Source of the DNA: Squalus acanthias
Lineage: Eukaryota
DNA length: 64,000 nucleotides
Direction: 5' to 3'
Assembly (NCBI GenBank): GCA_030390025.1
Contig: CM059434.1
Coordinates: forward strand, 99,200,001-99,264,000
A program made the translations under genes and the position numbers. The notes under the pieces were generated by a model. That model had not been told where the DNA came from, did not search any database, and saw only the letters and a list, made by a program, of their open reading frames with translations. Positions 37,461 through 51,542 of this stretch are shown one piece after another. Position 1 is the stretch's first letter. Each line of letters starts with the position of its first letter.

Positions 37461-40400
37461 TAGTCTATCATTGATACCAGATAGCATCTTGCACAATACC
37501 CTCAAGCACTTTTCCCACAAAATAGATATTTTGTTAACCGGTCTGCAATTACTCGATTCATGCATTACACCTTTTCAAATATGAGAGTCAATGAGGTTTC
37601 AATATAGCATTCATAGTGGTAATGAGTCCACAATCCAACCTCCAGTTTAGAGTTAAGATAGTGTGGCACTGCTGCATATAGCACAAGGCGTGCCAACCAG
37701 AAGATACCAGGTTCAACTCCTGGTCTGTCTTTAGTTAACTGATCTCACTCAGGACACTAGCTGGGGCACTTCAATTGGTCTCAGTGATGTTGGACTAGGA
37801 AGGGGGAAAATATTTGGCTCTCCAGTGATCCCAATGTAAAGTGCATGTATGTGAACATCAGGTGAAAGCATGTTGGGTGAATAGCTTTCTGACACTTTTT
37901 AGGCTCATGCATGAAGAATGCCTACTTTGCTGAGGTACCAGAGGGCTGCCAGTACCTGTGGATCCGTACCCCATACCTCACAAAGAAGGGAGAAATTTGA
38001 AAAGAAACATTATTTTTTGATGAACAATTCAGGCTCTATGCTCTAAATGGGCTCTTGCAGACTGTGAACCCACCTCAGGGTTAAGGCTGGTGCTGCGAGT
38101 GGTTTGGAGGCATTGTAATGCAGATGGCTATTAAGGAATTAGCTCTTGCCCTCCCCCATTCACGATCCTGTTCTGCTGTTGTAACTATAGTGAAGCAGGA
38201 GTTACAACCCACTGATAAGAAGAAAGCGTGACTCTTCCAGAGTTTCCAGGCTCAGGCTGGGGTCAGGCTATTAGGGGCATTAAGGGGATGCCCATGCCAG
38301 TAGCAGCCCATCTTGATCACCTGTTGGGAAGGGGGGGGGGGCAAAAATCAGCGCTTGAAAGCCCCACGTTGGGTAAAGTCAGTAGGACCAGGTTCAAAGT
38401 GCAGATCCTTTTCAAACTAGCCCGCTTTGTAAGAGACCCAGTTTCAAGTGGCAGCTCTTCTAGGTGTTCCAAGCCATGAACACCCGTCAACTGCTTCAGC
38501 GAACAGATGCCAGTATCTTGCTGGCATCCAATGTGTTTGGGTCACGGGACTCATGAACAACAGAAAATCTGGTGGATGATGCCATCCACTAGTCCAGCCT
38601 AAATTTACAAACAACAGGCTTCCAGGGGCAGGCAACATCTGTGCCCACCCACCCACCCCCACCAGAAACTCCAGCGGGCAGCTGTTGCCGGGTCCTGCCC
38701 TGTATTCCACCCCTGCCAGTCGTCTGCTGCCCAAATGCTGCCTTGGATATGCCACTGGCCCCAAGGAAATTCAAGACCTCCATGCCTTCAAAAAGCAAAC
38801 CGTCAAATACAGGGCCCCCTGCACAGATTCCCTCTGTTAAAGGGGTTGCCTCACAATCAACCCACGCGTATTCACTTTCGCCCCACCCCGCCCCCACATC
38901 TCTTTATTTTTCATGAAGCCCTGACTCAAGCAGTATTGTTCCATACCTCAACCAAAACGCTAATTCATCATGTTTGAGCCGGATAGTATTAGCCAGGTAT
39001 TCGGCCATCACAGCTGATCCCGGCCTTGTTCACACATGATGCCCACACACATACATATGTTGCTGCATAGCAATCAGGTGCATTAAAAGCTTTCTCTATA
39101 ACCCAGGGGCATTTAGCACATGGCAATCTCCCCAGCACAACACTGGCTAACTCCCCGTGCATGGCAAATGCCAACCCTGCCTTTGCTGGTTTGTGCAAGG
39201 AAGCTGAGCCACTCAGTGACCAGAAACCACCATGGCTACCTATGCCTCCCATGGCAAGAGCATTTGTGCTTGTATTGCTTGGCAGAGGGGGGGGGGGGGG
39301 GGCAAGATGAGAGGTGGGGATAACCGCAAATGGGGAGAAACCATCTCTTTTTATGGTTTTGAATCCTGCAGGCCAGCACTGTCACCATGTTTATTTTACC
39401 ACCATGCCATGAAGCCAGAGTTGCCAGCTTGACAAATATGCTTTTAATCTCCTGCTTTATTTAAAGTTGAACAGCTCACACATTTGCTTATCTGCTAAAC
39501 TCAATAACCGTTTGCCAGTAAGAGTTGATAATACTGTTGCCTCAGAGTCAACAATATCCGAGCCAACTGAAGAGCAGCGGAAAAAATACACAACACTCTG
39601 GTGAGCACTGGCTCTTCTGCCACTTGCAAAGATTATTTCAATTATCACTATTCAGAACAGTTCACCAAACTCAGACAGCAACAAAATAAGGAGAATGGTT
39701 TCACACAGAGAACTTTTCAATGTGTCCAACTGCTAACAAGTAAGGCAACAACAAATGTGAAACGTGTTTCCCGATCATCTCTCAGGATGGTTCAGAGGCA
39801 GGACAACATTTCCAGCCTGCGGGGAAATGTTACACCTTTAGCACCCGTTGACTTTTTGCTGTCCGAGCCTCCTTCTGCTCATCTCTTCTAATTACTGCTC
39901 TGCACGACCAGCGGCAGTGTCCCCTGTCCCTTTGAAGCGGATTCCACGTGAGACTGAAATAAAAGGGTTGGATACCATTCACAACAATGGCATCTCATTT
40001 TATTGGTGAATAATGATCGCCTAAGTTAGGAAATAGCATGTGTTTTTTTTTAAAAAAGGGCCTTGTGCCAAAAGGTACATAAAAAGTGTTTTCCCAAGAC
40101 CTGCAGAATCAATAAAACAAATCTTTGATAAGCCCCACAGCACATTGCTCACATCACTGTGATCAAGCCCTGTTCAGAGAGGGACTCATTAACTCTAACG
40201 GAATGTGAGCCTGTATTAATAATTAATCCTGCACTCTCACCTTGTGTCTTTGCAACTTTGCTTAAAAAAAAATCGTTACAGATTGAGTATTAATTGAAAA
40301 AAAACATGCAAACATTCTTGAAATACCCAAACAGGTTACAAAAGAGAAGAAAGTGTAAGTTAAAATCATCAGCTATTTACATGTTCAGGAAAAATAAATC

Positions 40401-40619
40401 ACTGATGGTGCTATTTAAGCATCAAGAAAGTGTAATGCTCCCGTGTAAAACCAGCGAATCCTGCAATACGAAAAGTGTCACAGCACAAAGTTGCAATTAG
40501 AAACCTGCTGGGCTCACTAAATGAGAACTTGTTATTGAATCACTGATTTCAATTGCTGTTATTTACCTCCACAAAACACAAACCTTAAGAGGCACTTATC
40601 AACTGGGGAGGAGGCAGCA

Positions 40620-41400
40620 GTATTTTGTTTCGCCTTTGCTGCCACAGGGTATATGCAAGGAGTTTCCCTGACTTTTCACCCTGTTCAAAGTGTTTAGCTC
40701 TGGTTTACCAGAGGAGCTTTTCAGTACCCACTGCTAACAGGCTGTTTCCATCCCTCCTGGGCTGTATCAGGCCCGTTCTGTTCAACGTCTCCTGTGCTGG
40801 GTTTCCCACTCTTATTTTTCATTCCCGGGCTTTCGAGAGCAGTAAGCTTCAACACCTCTTTCCGGAGGCAAAGGTGATTTCGCTGCCCCTAAAGTTGGCC
40901 CTGGCGGTTTCCCCACAGCAGCATGACAGAGGTGGGGGGGTTCCGGGTTCTCAGCGATTTAGCAAGTGAGTTGCGCTGTAGGAAGGACAGCAACTCCAAA
41001 AAAGGCAGCGTTTAGGCACCAGTATCCAGGGTGGGCTGCGAGATAATTTCAGGAGAGCTGGGCGAAGTCAACACCGTTGCCTTCGGATTGCTCTGGCTGC
41101 TTGCCCTCTGTGTTTGTCGGGAGTTTGTCCCGAGGGTGGAGAATAGTGTTTCGATCTCCACCCATAATCACTGTATTTCCCACATGTGGGGTGAGTGTGA
41201 GGAATGTTGAGGTGAGGCAATGCTTGTTCAGGTCACACATGTTAAGCATTGTTGTCAGCTCACCCACTATTCAACCGTTTATTAGGTTGGGGATGGTTGT
41301 CTCTCGGATGATGGGGAGGCTATTATTGATTAGTGTAGCCACTCCTCTGCTCCTCTATATTCATGCAGGAGGTGGTGAAGTCTGTTAATAATGAATTGCT
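40620..41400 (-). mobile_element. Degenerate L1/Tx1-like LINE ORF2 (endonuclease) relic
   Basis: Minus-strand fragments GVATLINNSLP, VIMGGDRNTIL (GGDFN motif) and ETARANFRGSEITFAS occur in the expected order. Confidence 0.55.
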
Positions 41401-43946
41401 CGATCTGCTTCAGCTCCCAGCAATTCCTAGCACACCAGCTGTGTTGGGGAGGAGGTTGAATCCTTTTACCAAAAAAAAACCAGAACAGTGTTTTGTCTGT
41501 AATTAACAGCCAGTTAGTAAATTCTTATTCTCAGCAATCACACATTTCAAAGACATGCATGCATGCAATTTTGTTGACAGTTTGTTAATTACACAGGAAA
41601 CAGACATTCTGCTTTTCATCAAAAAGGAGGAATTTTACTCCTCAGATATTTAATAAATATATAAAAATGTGTAGAAGATGCCACAATAACATCACTGCAT
41701 GAAGTATGCTAGCACATGTGGTAAACTCTCTTGCAAGACACTTAACTAGACCACAATGCCACTTTAGTGGGTGCACTCAGACAGCCCCTCTGTGGTTTAC
41801 CTTATTACATGCCCTTTCAAGCAACAAGAAAGGTGTACTTTGTGACTCAAAAATGTACTCAGCTATGTACATGTTCTGACTCATAAAAGGACAGCAGTGA
41901 AATATTCTAACCTGCAAGTAATAAGAAAAACATTTGAAACAAGCTGTGTCAGTAAATACTTGGCAAGCAATTGGGTAGGACCATTATTTAAAACGAAGTA
42001 AAAGATACTGAAGGATTGAAGCCGAGTGATTAACTAACATACATCTGCAGCAATCCTGGATCAGTTTGCATAGCGGTGAAGGTAACCCAGTGATTCAGTC
42101 AGTATTCAGGTTTATTTAACCAAAGGGCTTGCTTCAGTTTGGATATTCTCACATACAGTGAAAACACATATATACTTTCAGTCACACAAGACCCAACTAC
42201 AACTCAAGATTCAATTCACAAAGTAACTAGAGATACTTTAACGGATAACCCTTAGATTAATGTAATATACTGTCTACTAATTGGAACCAAATACTTCAAC
42301 TAATTGAGGATATCTAGTGGGTAATTTTTACCAATTATAATGCTTTACTGTGTTAGCTCCAAGTCTTTTTATTCCAATTCAACACTAAACCTTCCAATTT
42401 GAATGGCCTTTTAATCTGAATTAAAGTATCGATTGAAAATCTTCAGATTCGGTATTTTTTTTAACAAAATGAATGTAAAACTGATATGCTTTGTTTTTCA
42501 GTGGCAGCTCCAGTTCTATCTACTTTCAGAGATTAAATAGAATTTGATTTTTTTCTTTTACAAATTAAAATGAAACATGAATTACAGTTGGACTTCAGCA
42601 TAGAATGCATTATATAAATGTCAAAATAAATCATTTTAAAATATAAATGCGCATTCATTGCCATCCCTAGATTGTGATGAAGGATTATTGAACCTTTATA
42701 TATTCTTCAATAAGAATTTAAAACTTAATCTTCCCTCTTATTTCACTTTCTTTCCTCTTACTGTCATCACACGAGCCAAAAGCTTTCACTCAATGGACAT
42801 CTAGCCATCAACAAAGCAGAAAAAGTGATTGAAAGAAGGGACAGAATTAAAATACTCTGAGTGAGTGAAAGAAAGCAGGCACTGGTTTCAGATTACATCA
42901 TCTTGAAGGAACAAGATTAAAACATACGGCATTATATATAGTACTGAGCTTGCATTCTGTGGGAAAAATCTGTCCTGAAGTCGTACAATGAGTACTGGTC
43001 AGTTGTACAAGACTTGAACAAACAAGTTTTACCAAGTACACAGCCATAAAAGTTTCTCCCACTGAAAGAGCATGTAGGATGATGTCCAAAACAGAAGCAG
43101 AATAAGACTATCGATCCTAGTAACCATGCAGCTAAGCACCAATTCCACAATGACGACAGTGAAAACGCACAGATGCCTCCTTCAAACGTATTACTTGTGC
43201 TCGGAAACTGGAATATTTCTTGTTCGTTCCACCTGCACCAAAAGCAGAATACGTACTTCCCGGCATTTAGATAATCTGCCGGATTATTTGAACTTTTGGT
43301 ACATGAATGTCGGTCAATCATACTGCACTGCAGAACAATGCAATTATTTTATATGCATTATTAGGTCATTGCACTTTGCATTATAAAAAGGCGTAAACCA
43401 AACAGTAAACTGCAGCCATGCAGCACTTGAGCTGAACGAGCACACTAGAAGCTTTGTTTATTCTAGCAGTGTACAGTATACAAATTATTGTGGCTATACA
43501 ATATAAAAACCATTCTGATAAAGGGTCAGTACCCAAAATGTTAAGCCAATTTTTCTCTTTACAGATGCTGATGGAGGTGGTATAATTCCAACATTTACCG
43601 TTTTTATTTCAATTTACCAGATTTGCAATTCTACCTTTTCATCTCTCTGTTTATAACTGATAATGGACAATGGCTGAATTTAGTCATTCTAGGTATAAAT
43701 GAAACCTAAACCTTTAAAAGGGGAAACCATAAAACCAAGATGCAAGGAACAAAGTTTGATGTCAGCCCACCTCATCACCTGGGCACATTCAGCAAGAACC
43801 AAGGAAACGGACTTAACCTAATTGGTTGAACTTTCCACAGTGCATGCTGTATCCTCAGATATCAAATATCTTTAATAAGATGCACCATTCATGTTTTGTG
43901 CTCCATTTTTATAAACTTTTCCCCAAGCCATCTTTTGATATTGCAG

Positions 43947-45406
43947 CAAAGCCTGTGGGCCCCGACAACATCCTGGCTATCACGCTGAAGACTTGCGCTC
44001 CAGAACTAGCCGCGCCTCTAGCCAAGCTGTTCTAGTACAGCTACATTACTGGCATCTATCCAACAATGTGGAAAACTGCCCAGGTATGTCCTGTCCACAA
44101 AAAGCAGGACAAATCCAACCCGGCCAATTACCACCCCATCAGTCTACTCTCAATCATCAGCAAAGTGATGGAAGGTGTCATCAACAGTGCTATCAAGCGG
44201 CACTTACTCACCAATAACCTGCTCACTGATGCCTAGTTTGGGTTCTGCCAAGACCACTCGGCTCTCAACCTCATTACGACGTTGGTCCAAACATGGACAA
44301 AGGAGCTGAATTCCAGAGGTGAGGTGAGGGTGACTGCCCTTGACATCAAAGCAGCATTTGACCGAGTGTGGCATCAAGGAGCCCTGGTAAAACTGAAGTC
44401 AATGGGAATCGGGGGGAAAACGCTCCACTGGCTGGAGTCATACCTAGAACAAAGGAAGATGGTTGTGGTGGTTGAAGGTCAATCATCACAGCCCCAGGAC
44501 ATCGCTGCAGGAGTTCCTCAGGGTACTGTCCTAGGCCCAACCATCTTCAGCTGCTTCATCAATGACCTTCCCGCCAACATAAGGTCAGAAATGGGGATGT
44601 TCACTGATGACTGCACAGTGTTCAGTGCCATTCACAACTCCTCAGATAATGAAGCAGTCCATGCCTGCATGCAACAAGACCTGGACGACATTCAGGCTTG
44701 GGCTGATAAGTGGCAGGTAACATTCGCGCCACAGAAGTGCCAGGCAATGACTATCTCCAACAAGCGAGAGTCTAACCACCTCCCCTTGACATTCAACGGT
44801 ATTACCATCGCCAAATCCCCCACCATCAACATCCTGGGGGTCACCATTGACCAGAAACTTAACTGGACCAGCCACATAAATACTGTGACAACAAGAGCAG
44901 GTCAGAGGCTAGGTATTTTGCAGTGAGTGTCTCACCTCCTGACTCCCCAAAGCCTTTCCACCATCTACAAGGCACAAGTAAGGAGTGTGATGGAATACTC
45001 TCCACTTGCCTGGATGAATGCAGCTCCAACAACTCAAGAAGCTCGATACCATCCAGGACAAAGCAGCCTGCTTGATTGGCACCCCATCCACCACCTTAAA
45101 CATTCACTCCCTCCACCATCGGCGTACCGTGGCTGCAGTGTGTACCATCTACAGGATGCACTGCAGCAACTCGCCAAGACTTCTTTGGCAGCATCTCCCA
45201 AACCCGTGACCTTTTACACCTAGAAGGACAAGGGCAGCAGGCGCATGGGAACACCACCACCTTCAAGTTCCCCTCCAAGTCACACACCATCCTGACTTAG
45301 AAGTATATTGCCGTTCCTTCATCGTCACTGGGTCAAAATCCTGGAACTCCCGACCTAACAGCACTGTGGAAGTGCCTTCACCACACGGACTGCAGTGGTT
45401 CAAGGC
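43947..45406 (+). mobile_element. Jockey-group (CR1/L2 superclade) LINE ORF2 reverse transcriptase fragment
   Basis: GPDNI, NYHPISLLS, LDIKAAFDRVWH, GVPQGTVLGP and FTDD motifs, with several in-frame stops (e.g. about 44032, 44234, 44924). Confidence 0.92.
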
Positions 45407-48400
45407 CTGATAGTGAACAGCTAGATAGCTGGTCATACTTCTTATCACACTCTGGACAGCAGAACTAAACAAAAGTATTTGCTGGTAAGAGGAATATGTT
45501 GCTCGCAACAAGAGTTCAATCCCATTGAGATGAGGAAAGAAACATCCACACACATGGAACCAATGTGCCCTTCAATGGAGTAGAAGAGAAGAGTTCAACA
45601 TTAAATCTGCTGGACCACTAGATAAATGTCACTAATTCACAGAAAACACACACGAGTCTGCCACCAATTTAACAGAATACTCCAGTCAACACTTCCTAAT
45701 TTAAAGTAGGCCCCCTGTTGATCACATCTACAGTGGTTACAGCAATTAAGCTCACATCCCAGAACACGCTCTCAAAACTGCACTGGTTTCCCTTGACTAA
45801 CTCATGCAAAAGTTTGCAGGATATATGAGGAAATGTACACAAAGTCGAACAGACCGTTCACATTTTACTGCAGCTGATCAATTTCAGAAATAGCTACTCT
45901 CAGTTTTGCAATTCAGCTTTAATTTCAGGGCAAGCTAATCAATCAAATATGACTCGAAGCCTTTACATACATGCTATCCAATTATATTTGGAACACATGG
46001 ACTTCAATACAACCAACTTGAGCGCTGAACTCACAACTGTGGCTCCCCCACCCCCACCCCCCAGGGATATGCAGCAAAAATACAGGTGATAAGTTTCAAA
46101 CCCAGGCCAACAATTTAAATATTTTACACTGAAACCATTAATGTTATTGAAGACTTTTACTGCGCTAAGATGTTCTTCCAGTCCAACTTCACTTTTATCA
46201 CTTTATAACAAGAGATAAAAGCCTACAAAAGAGTCTTGCCTGCAGCATTCTCAGCCAGCTTACATGCCCATCAAATACCAGACTGGGGGGCTTAAGATCT
46301 TATCTTAATAAAAGAAGCAAAGTCCTTGCTTAACTATTCCTGATGAAAACCTGTAGAAAGCATCATCTAAAAGGGTAAAAGGGGAAATTAGCTCTTGAAC
46401 TGTATTACCAGAAACAGGTTGAAGTCTATGTTTCGGTCTAGAAACAATATGAGGTGGCCAGGCCAAGGAAGGGACACTTTAGCACAATCAAATATCTGTT
46501 TACCAGACAGCCAAAGTTAGCCTGTGTGGAATCACAACACCTAGACAGTGGTTAGACCCTCAAAGGTTCTTTCAAGAAAACAGTAAATTGAGACAACTCA
46601 CTATTCAGTCCTACTGCACTTTATGAAAAGGGTTCTTTCAATTTATCTTCACATCTTTACCCTACAGGCTGTACCATTCACATTTAAATATTAGATTTCA
46701 ACTTCAGATACAGCTATCAGATTTCTCCAATGTGCTGACATGTGAGGCTCTGTTTGGTCTGTAGTCCTTGCGTTCCATTTTCACCTTGCTGCCCATTATC
46801 TGTTTTACAAGCAAACATAAAAGCTCCCACCCCTCTGCACATACAAAGTATCTTGTATACCCTATGACACGCCCACAGGCTAGAGCTGAACTTTCAAGAC
46901 TTGACACTTCAGGACTAGTCACTACTGGCAGCAGTTTTAGAACGTTTTAGTTGATCCCAATGGTCAGTCACAATTTGCTAGCACTGAAAACGAATGTTTT
47001 CTTTCTGTAGTAATGGATTCCTGTGCTACAATTGCCCTTCACAAAAATATTTTCTCCACATACCACCATTGTTATATTACAGTAGCAGATCAAGTTCAAC
47101 TAAACAACCTTTAAATTTATGGTACATTCCAAATAACTGTACACAATACTATTGCTTTTTCATTTTACGTACTGCAATTTTGGTTTAATCGCCCAGTAAA
47201 TCCAGACACAAGAAATTCTGATTCAGCATGGGGCTGTAGTGGGTCGGCCAGCACACACTTTAGCTAATTTAATTTTGGTCTTTTAATTCAAATTCTGGGA
47301 ACAGAGCATCCAGGAGCCAGCTGCCAGGGGTAATGCTGTTAAATCTGGTTTCCATAGACCAGTTGCAGACATGCAGAACCATTTTTACTTGGAAAGCAAC
47401 CTTCCCAACTCTCTTCCCCATCACTCGACTAAGTCTACTTTTGTTCCCAAGTGTAGCTCTAGGTCAACACAATAAAGACTTAAACTGGAGTAAGTTACCT
47501 TAACATATACGCTGGAGAAAAGGCCTTCAAACATAGATTGGACCCAAATCTCTTCAATAAGGAATGAAGATTTAATTTCAATCATAACTTACATACCTGC
47601 AATTCCACAGAACTAGGGCATGCACAGCAGGATGTACTTTTCTAGTCTCTAGCTCTTTAAACGTTACAACAGTGACTACACTCCAAAAAGTATTGCATTG
47701 GCTGTAAAGCGCTTTGAGACATCCGGTGGTCGTGAAAGGCGCTATATAAATGCAAGTCTTTCTTTGCCTTGTTCTTTAGCAGATATCAAACAGGACAATA
47801 TAATTGGCCTCAGTGCTTCTGGGTTTTGGCAGAGATTAAATCTGTTGTTTCCTACACTGCCCCCGTTATCAGTTTTTCCTTCCAACTTTCGTTCCTTTTT
47901 TCCCTTTATCTCCTTATAGTGGTGGCTTGGCCTGGGATATATTTGCCTCAGTGACATATAGAAAAGCACTTGACAATGTCTAGAATATGAAAACACGGTG
48001 CAAAACAAATGCTTTGGACAAGAATAGCATTATTGTATTTTCTTGAGCATGAGACTGGCTTTCTATCAGTCCTGCATTTCTAAAAATTAGTTTGTTCAAG
48101 TCCCAGTCTGGTCCTGAATGGCATTTATTTTCAAGTTCTTGATCAGAGAAATGAATTTTTTGTTCAAGTGAGAGAAATTCTAGGTTAGGTCATGATGATA
48201 CTGTAGTTATTCCACTTTAATATTAGGTGTAATTTAAGCTCTTTTATTTGTTGAATGCAACAGCCTCCCACTAGAGCTTTCCTTCCTATAGCAACCTCTG
48301 ACACAATGCATAGATTAGGAATTCCTCATTTAAACTGAGAACCCTTACAAAATAAGCCTCGTGTGCACCACCCCTAGAACATGCTTTTTGCTATATTTTC

Positions 48401-49688
48401 TACAGACCATTGTATATAGAAGGCCCAGTCCACTTTCATTCACCATAATAATCCGCATTCCAAGGTGAAGCTCAACTGAACCAGACCTGCAGCAATCATC
48501 ACCCTCAATCTGTTTCTTGTGCAGGTCAACTCATGAATTTGAGAACACGCAAATTAGATTTTCCAACTATTCCTGGATTTCTCCGATTCCAATTGAAGCA
48601 AACAGAGGTACATCGAGCACCGGGATTCAGACTGACCAATGGAAAAAGAACATGGACCCACACAAAACAAGTGTATCGTAGCGTGGCAGCTGAAGAAATG
48701 ATAGATCAAGCAGTGAAATGGAGTTTTAAAGTGCACTCCATTCAAAAGTGTCCAACGAAAGGTGGAATGTGGAATCTTTATAGTCACACGAGTCTGTATT
48801 TTAAACAGGAAGCGGTGGACTCTCAAGTTTTAAAATTCAAAAGAAGATCTTACAAGCTACCTAGGAACATATTATTTTGTACATTTCCATTTATCAGCTA
48901 ACTCTGTCTGTATTATTAAGTGATTGAAGGGTATTTTCCCCCAAATTTAATAATCTACATGAAAAAACTTCAAGCACAATGACAAGTGTGAACGTATTTC
49001 AGGACCGGTGTATAGAATATTGTTTATTTTTCATTATAGTTCAGAAGATTATATTGTCTTGTAGGTTTCCGGGCATTTTCAATTCAACCTTGATTCCCCA
49101 AATAGTTTCCAGCTCCACCTGTGTCAAGATCAAGATCATCAAGGCAGTGTGCAAGACAGACTGAAGGGCATGAGGGGCTGCCGTGCAGTTATTTGAAACT
49201 GGGGGCTTAGTAAACATGGGAGACAGCTGGCTGACAACACGAATTGCCAGCTGGGTTTGCTACTCTCAACCAATCAGCCAGTGGCATCTTCCTATTTTTC
49301 ACTCTAGTCAGGTGATAGTGTAAGTGCCTCCCTTTGGCCCACGCAACATGCGAAGAATAGAGCAATACGTTTGATTGGGCAGCTTACAATTTAATAATCG
49401 GAGGGGCCATGAAAATAACGATCAGACTGCAGCCTTGAAATCACTCCCCAGTGACTTCTTTAATGTGTACTGTGTGGACTTGGTGAAGGCAGATTTAGGG
49501 TCATTGTTCCCCCGACGGCAGCGGTCATGAGAGATATCAAGTTTAGTCCACACAACCGACGGGTGATGATACTCACATTGAGCAATTAAAGATTATTCAC
49601 AATCACTGCAAGTTTAAGTGATTACCCATAATTTACGAGAAATAGCAGTCAGAACACATTAATACAATTTACAAGGTAATAAAAAATC

Positions 49689-49819
49689 CTATACAAGAGT
49701 AAAGACCATGCTCCAGCCAAACGTTCCTTTGACTGCACCAGCAGGGTCAAGGACCGACGGTTCAGTTTCATCTTCCCAAGCAGGGCATGATAGAATGACA
49801 CTGCTGACAAAGTGACCAA
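49689..49819 (-). other. Candidate exon (phase 1) encoding xGHFVSSVILSCPAWEDETEPSVLDPAGAVKGTFGWSMVFTLV*
   Basis: ttaatctctttctag|TT, with a possible downstream donor AAT|GTGAGT at 49577/49576. Confidence 0.4.
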
Positions 49820-51380
49820 CTAGAAAGAGATTAACGCTGGAAGCAGCAGACTCCGTGCGATGCATTGGCTGAGGTGAGATGCATTCAGGACTGACTGCAT
49901 TCTTTCAAAACAATCTTCATTAGAGGGTTGAAACCATAGTTTTGCTGCCTCTGGCTATTATGCTTTTCTTTTTACATTGATATGTTTCTCAATGGTATGG
50001 AATTATCCTGCAAGATTTAACATGAATTCAAGCTCATTTTTAGTCTTCAAAGCACACACAAATAACACTGAGCTATATTCTCTTTAAACTGTTTCACTTT
50101 AGGTGACGCCTATAAGTAATAACCAGCACTAAATTATATCTGTCCATTTCAATAAAGGGGCATAATTTCCTCTAAGAGCGAGGGTTTCTAAAATTCAGTA
50201 ATTATATAAAGACTGTGAAGGTTCTGTAATAAGAGTTTGAGGGGAAGCATTGGATAGAACAGAAAAATAACTTTTAAAAACTTAAAAGAAATAATCTTTT
50301 GTGGTTATGACACCTAGAAAACATTCATCACTTGAAAAATGTATTCAAGATGAATCTGTAAACTAAATCATCACCACTGGCCACTGAGCTGAAGTGTGTG
50401 AAACCTTCCTTGGGTTTAAAACCAATGCTGGTTAGCCAGGTATTTGACAGGTGGGCATGTTTTTCAGAGTTTCCAAACCAATCCACACAGGTAGCGCTCC
50501 CGTTTGCCTGATATGGAATGCACGCTCCCTCTCCCATAGAGAAATTAAGCACAGGTTCGCAGATCCCAGGCTTATGGAACCCACAAGCGTGTGTAGGAAT
50601 ATGGCTGAAGATTAACCAGCTGAAACTATTCAGTCTACCAGCACACAGCAATGGTGTACTTTCTGTTGCTTGTCCAGTCAGGACCACTCCAATGGTTAGG
50701 GAGTTGGCTTGCAGGGTTACCTAAAGCCAAGTGGTTACATTAGTCAGTCAGTCTGGCTGGTCACTCACCAACAGTCCCCTGGAGTACTATGGGCCTGTCT
50801 GGTTCAGGTATTGGATTACTGAAGGTTAACTTGGCTCCAAATTTCTATCACCAGACGTGTCATCTTTGAGCCACCTTCATCCCAAAGAGACCTGATCAAC
50901 CATTCTGTGAACAGACAGCAGATGGCTCACTCAAGTAGTCATTCTTCATGTATGAGCATAGATAATGAGCATCAACAGGCTAATCAACCACTGCCTGCAT
51001 TATCACACACATGTACTTGCTAGCAGGGGTTACTAAACAACAATCAGGAATGAGCAGCCAGGGTGATTTTTCCTCTCCCTACCTGGTTGAAGCCAATTGC
51101 AGTATCAGATTGAGGCAACAGGTGAAGTCATGCTAGACATTCAATCCCTGGCCCCCTTAGACCCCATCTGGAGCACTGCATTCAGCTCTGGGCACCACAC
51201 CTCAGGAAGGATATATTGGCCTTGGAGGGGGTGCGGCCCAGATTCACCAGAATAATACTGGGACTAAAGGGCTAAATTAGGAGGACAGGTTGCATAGACC
51301 AGGCTTGTATTCCTTGAGTATAGAAAATGAAGGGGTGAACGAATTGAGGTGTTTAAGATGAATAAAGGATTTGACAGAAT

Positions 51381-51402
51381 AGAGAGAGAGAGAGAGAGAG
51401 AG
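51381..51402. repeat. (AG)n microsatellite inside CR1
   Basis: About 11 AG units. Confidence 0.9.
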
Positions 51403-51542
51403 AAACTATTTCCTCTGGTTGGGGCGTCCAGAACAAACAGGCATAACCATAAAATTAGAGCTAGGCTGTTTAGGGGTGAGCTCAGAAAGCACTCTCACAC
51501 ACATAGGGTAGTGGAAATCTGGAACTCTCTCCTCCTCCAAAC

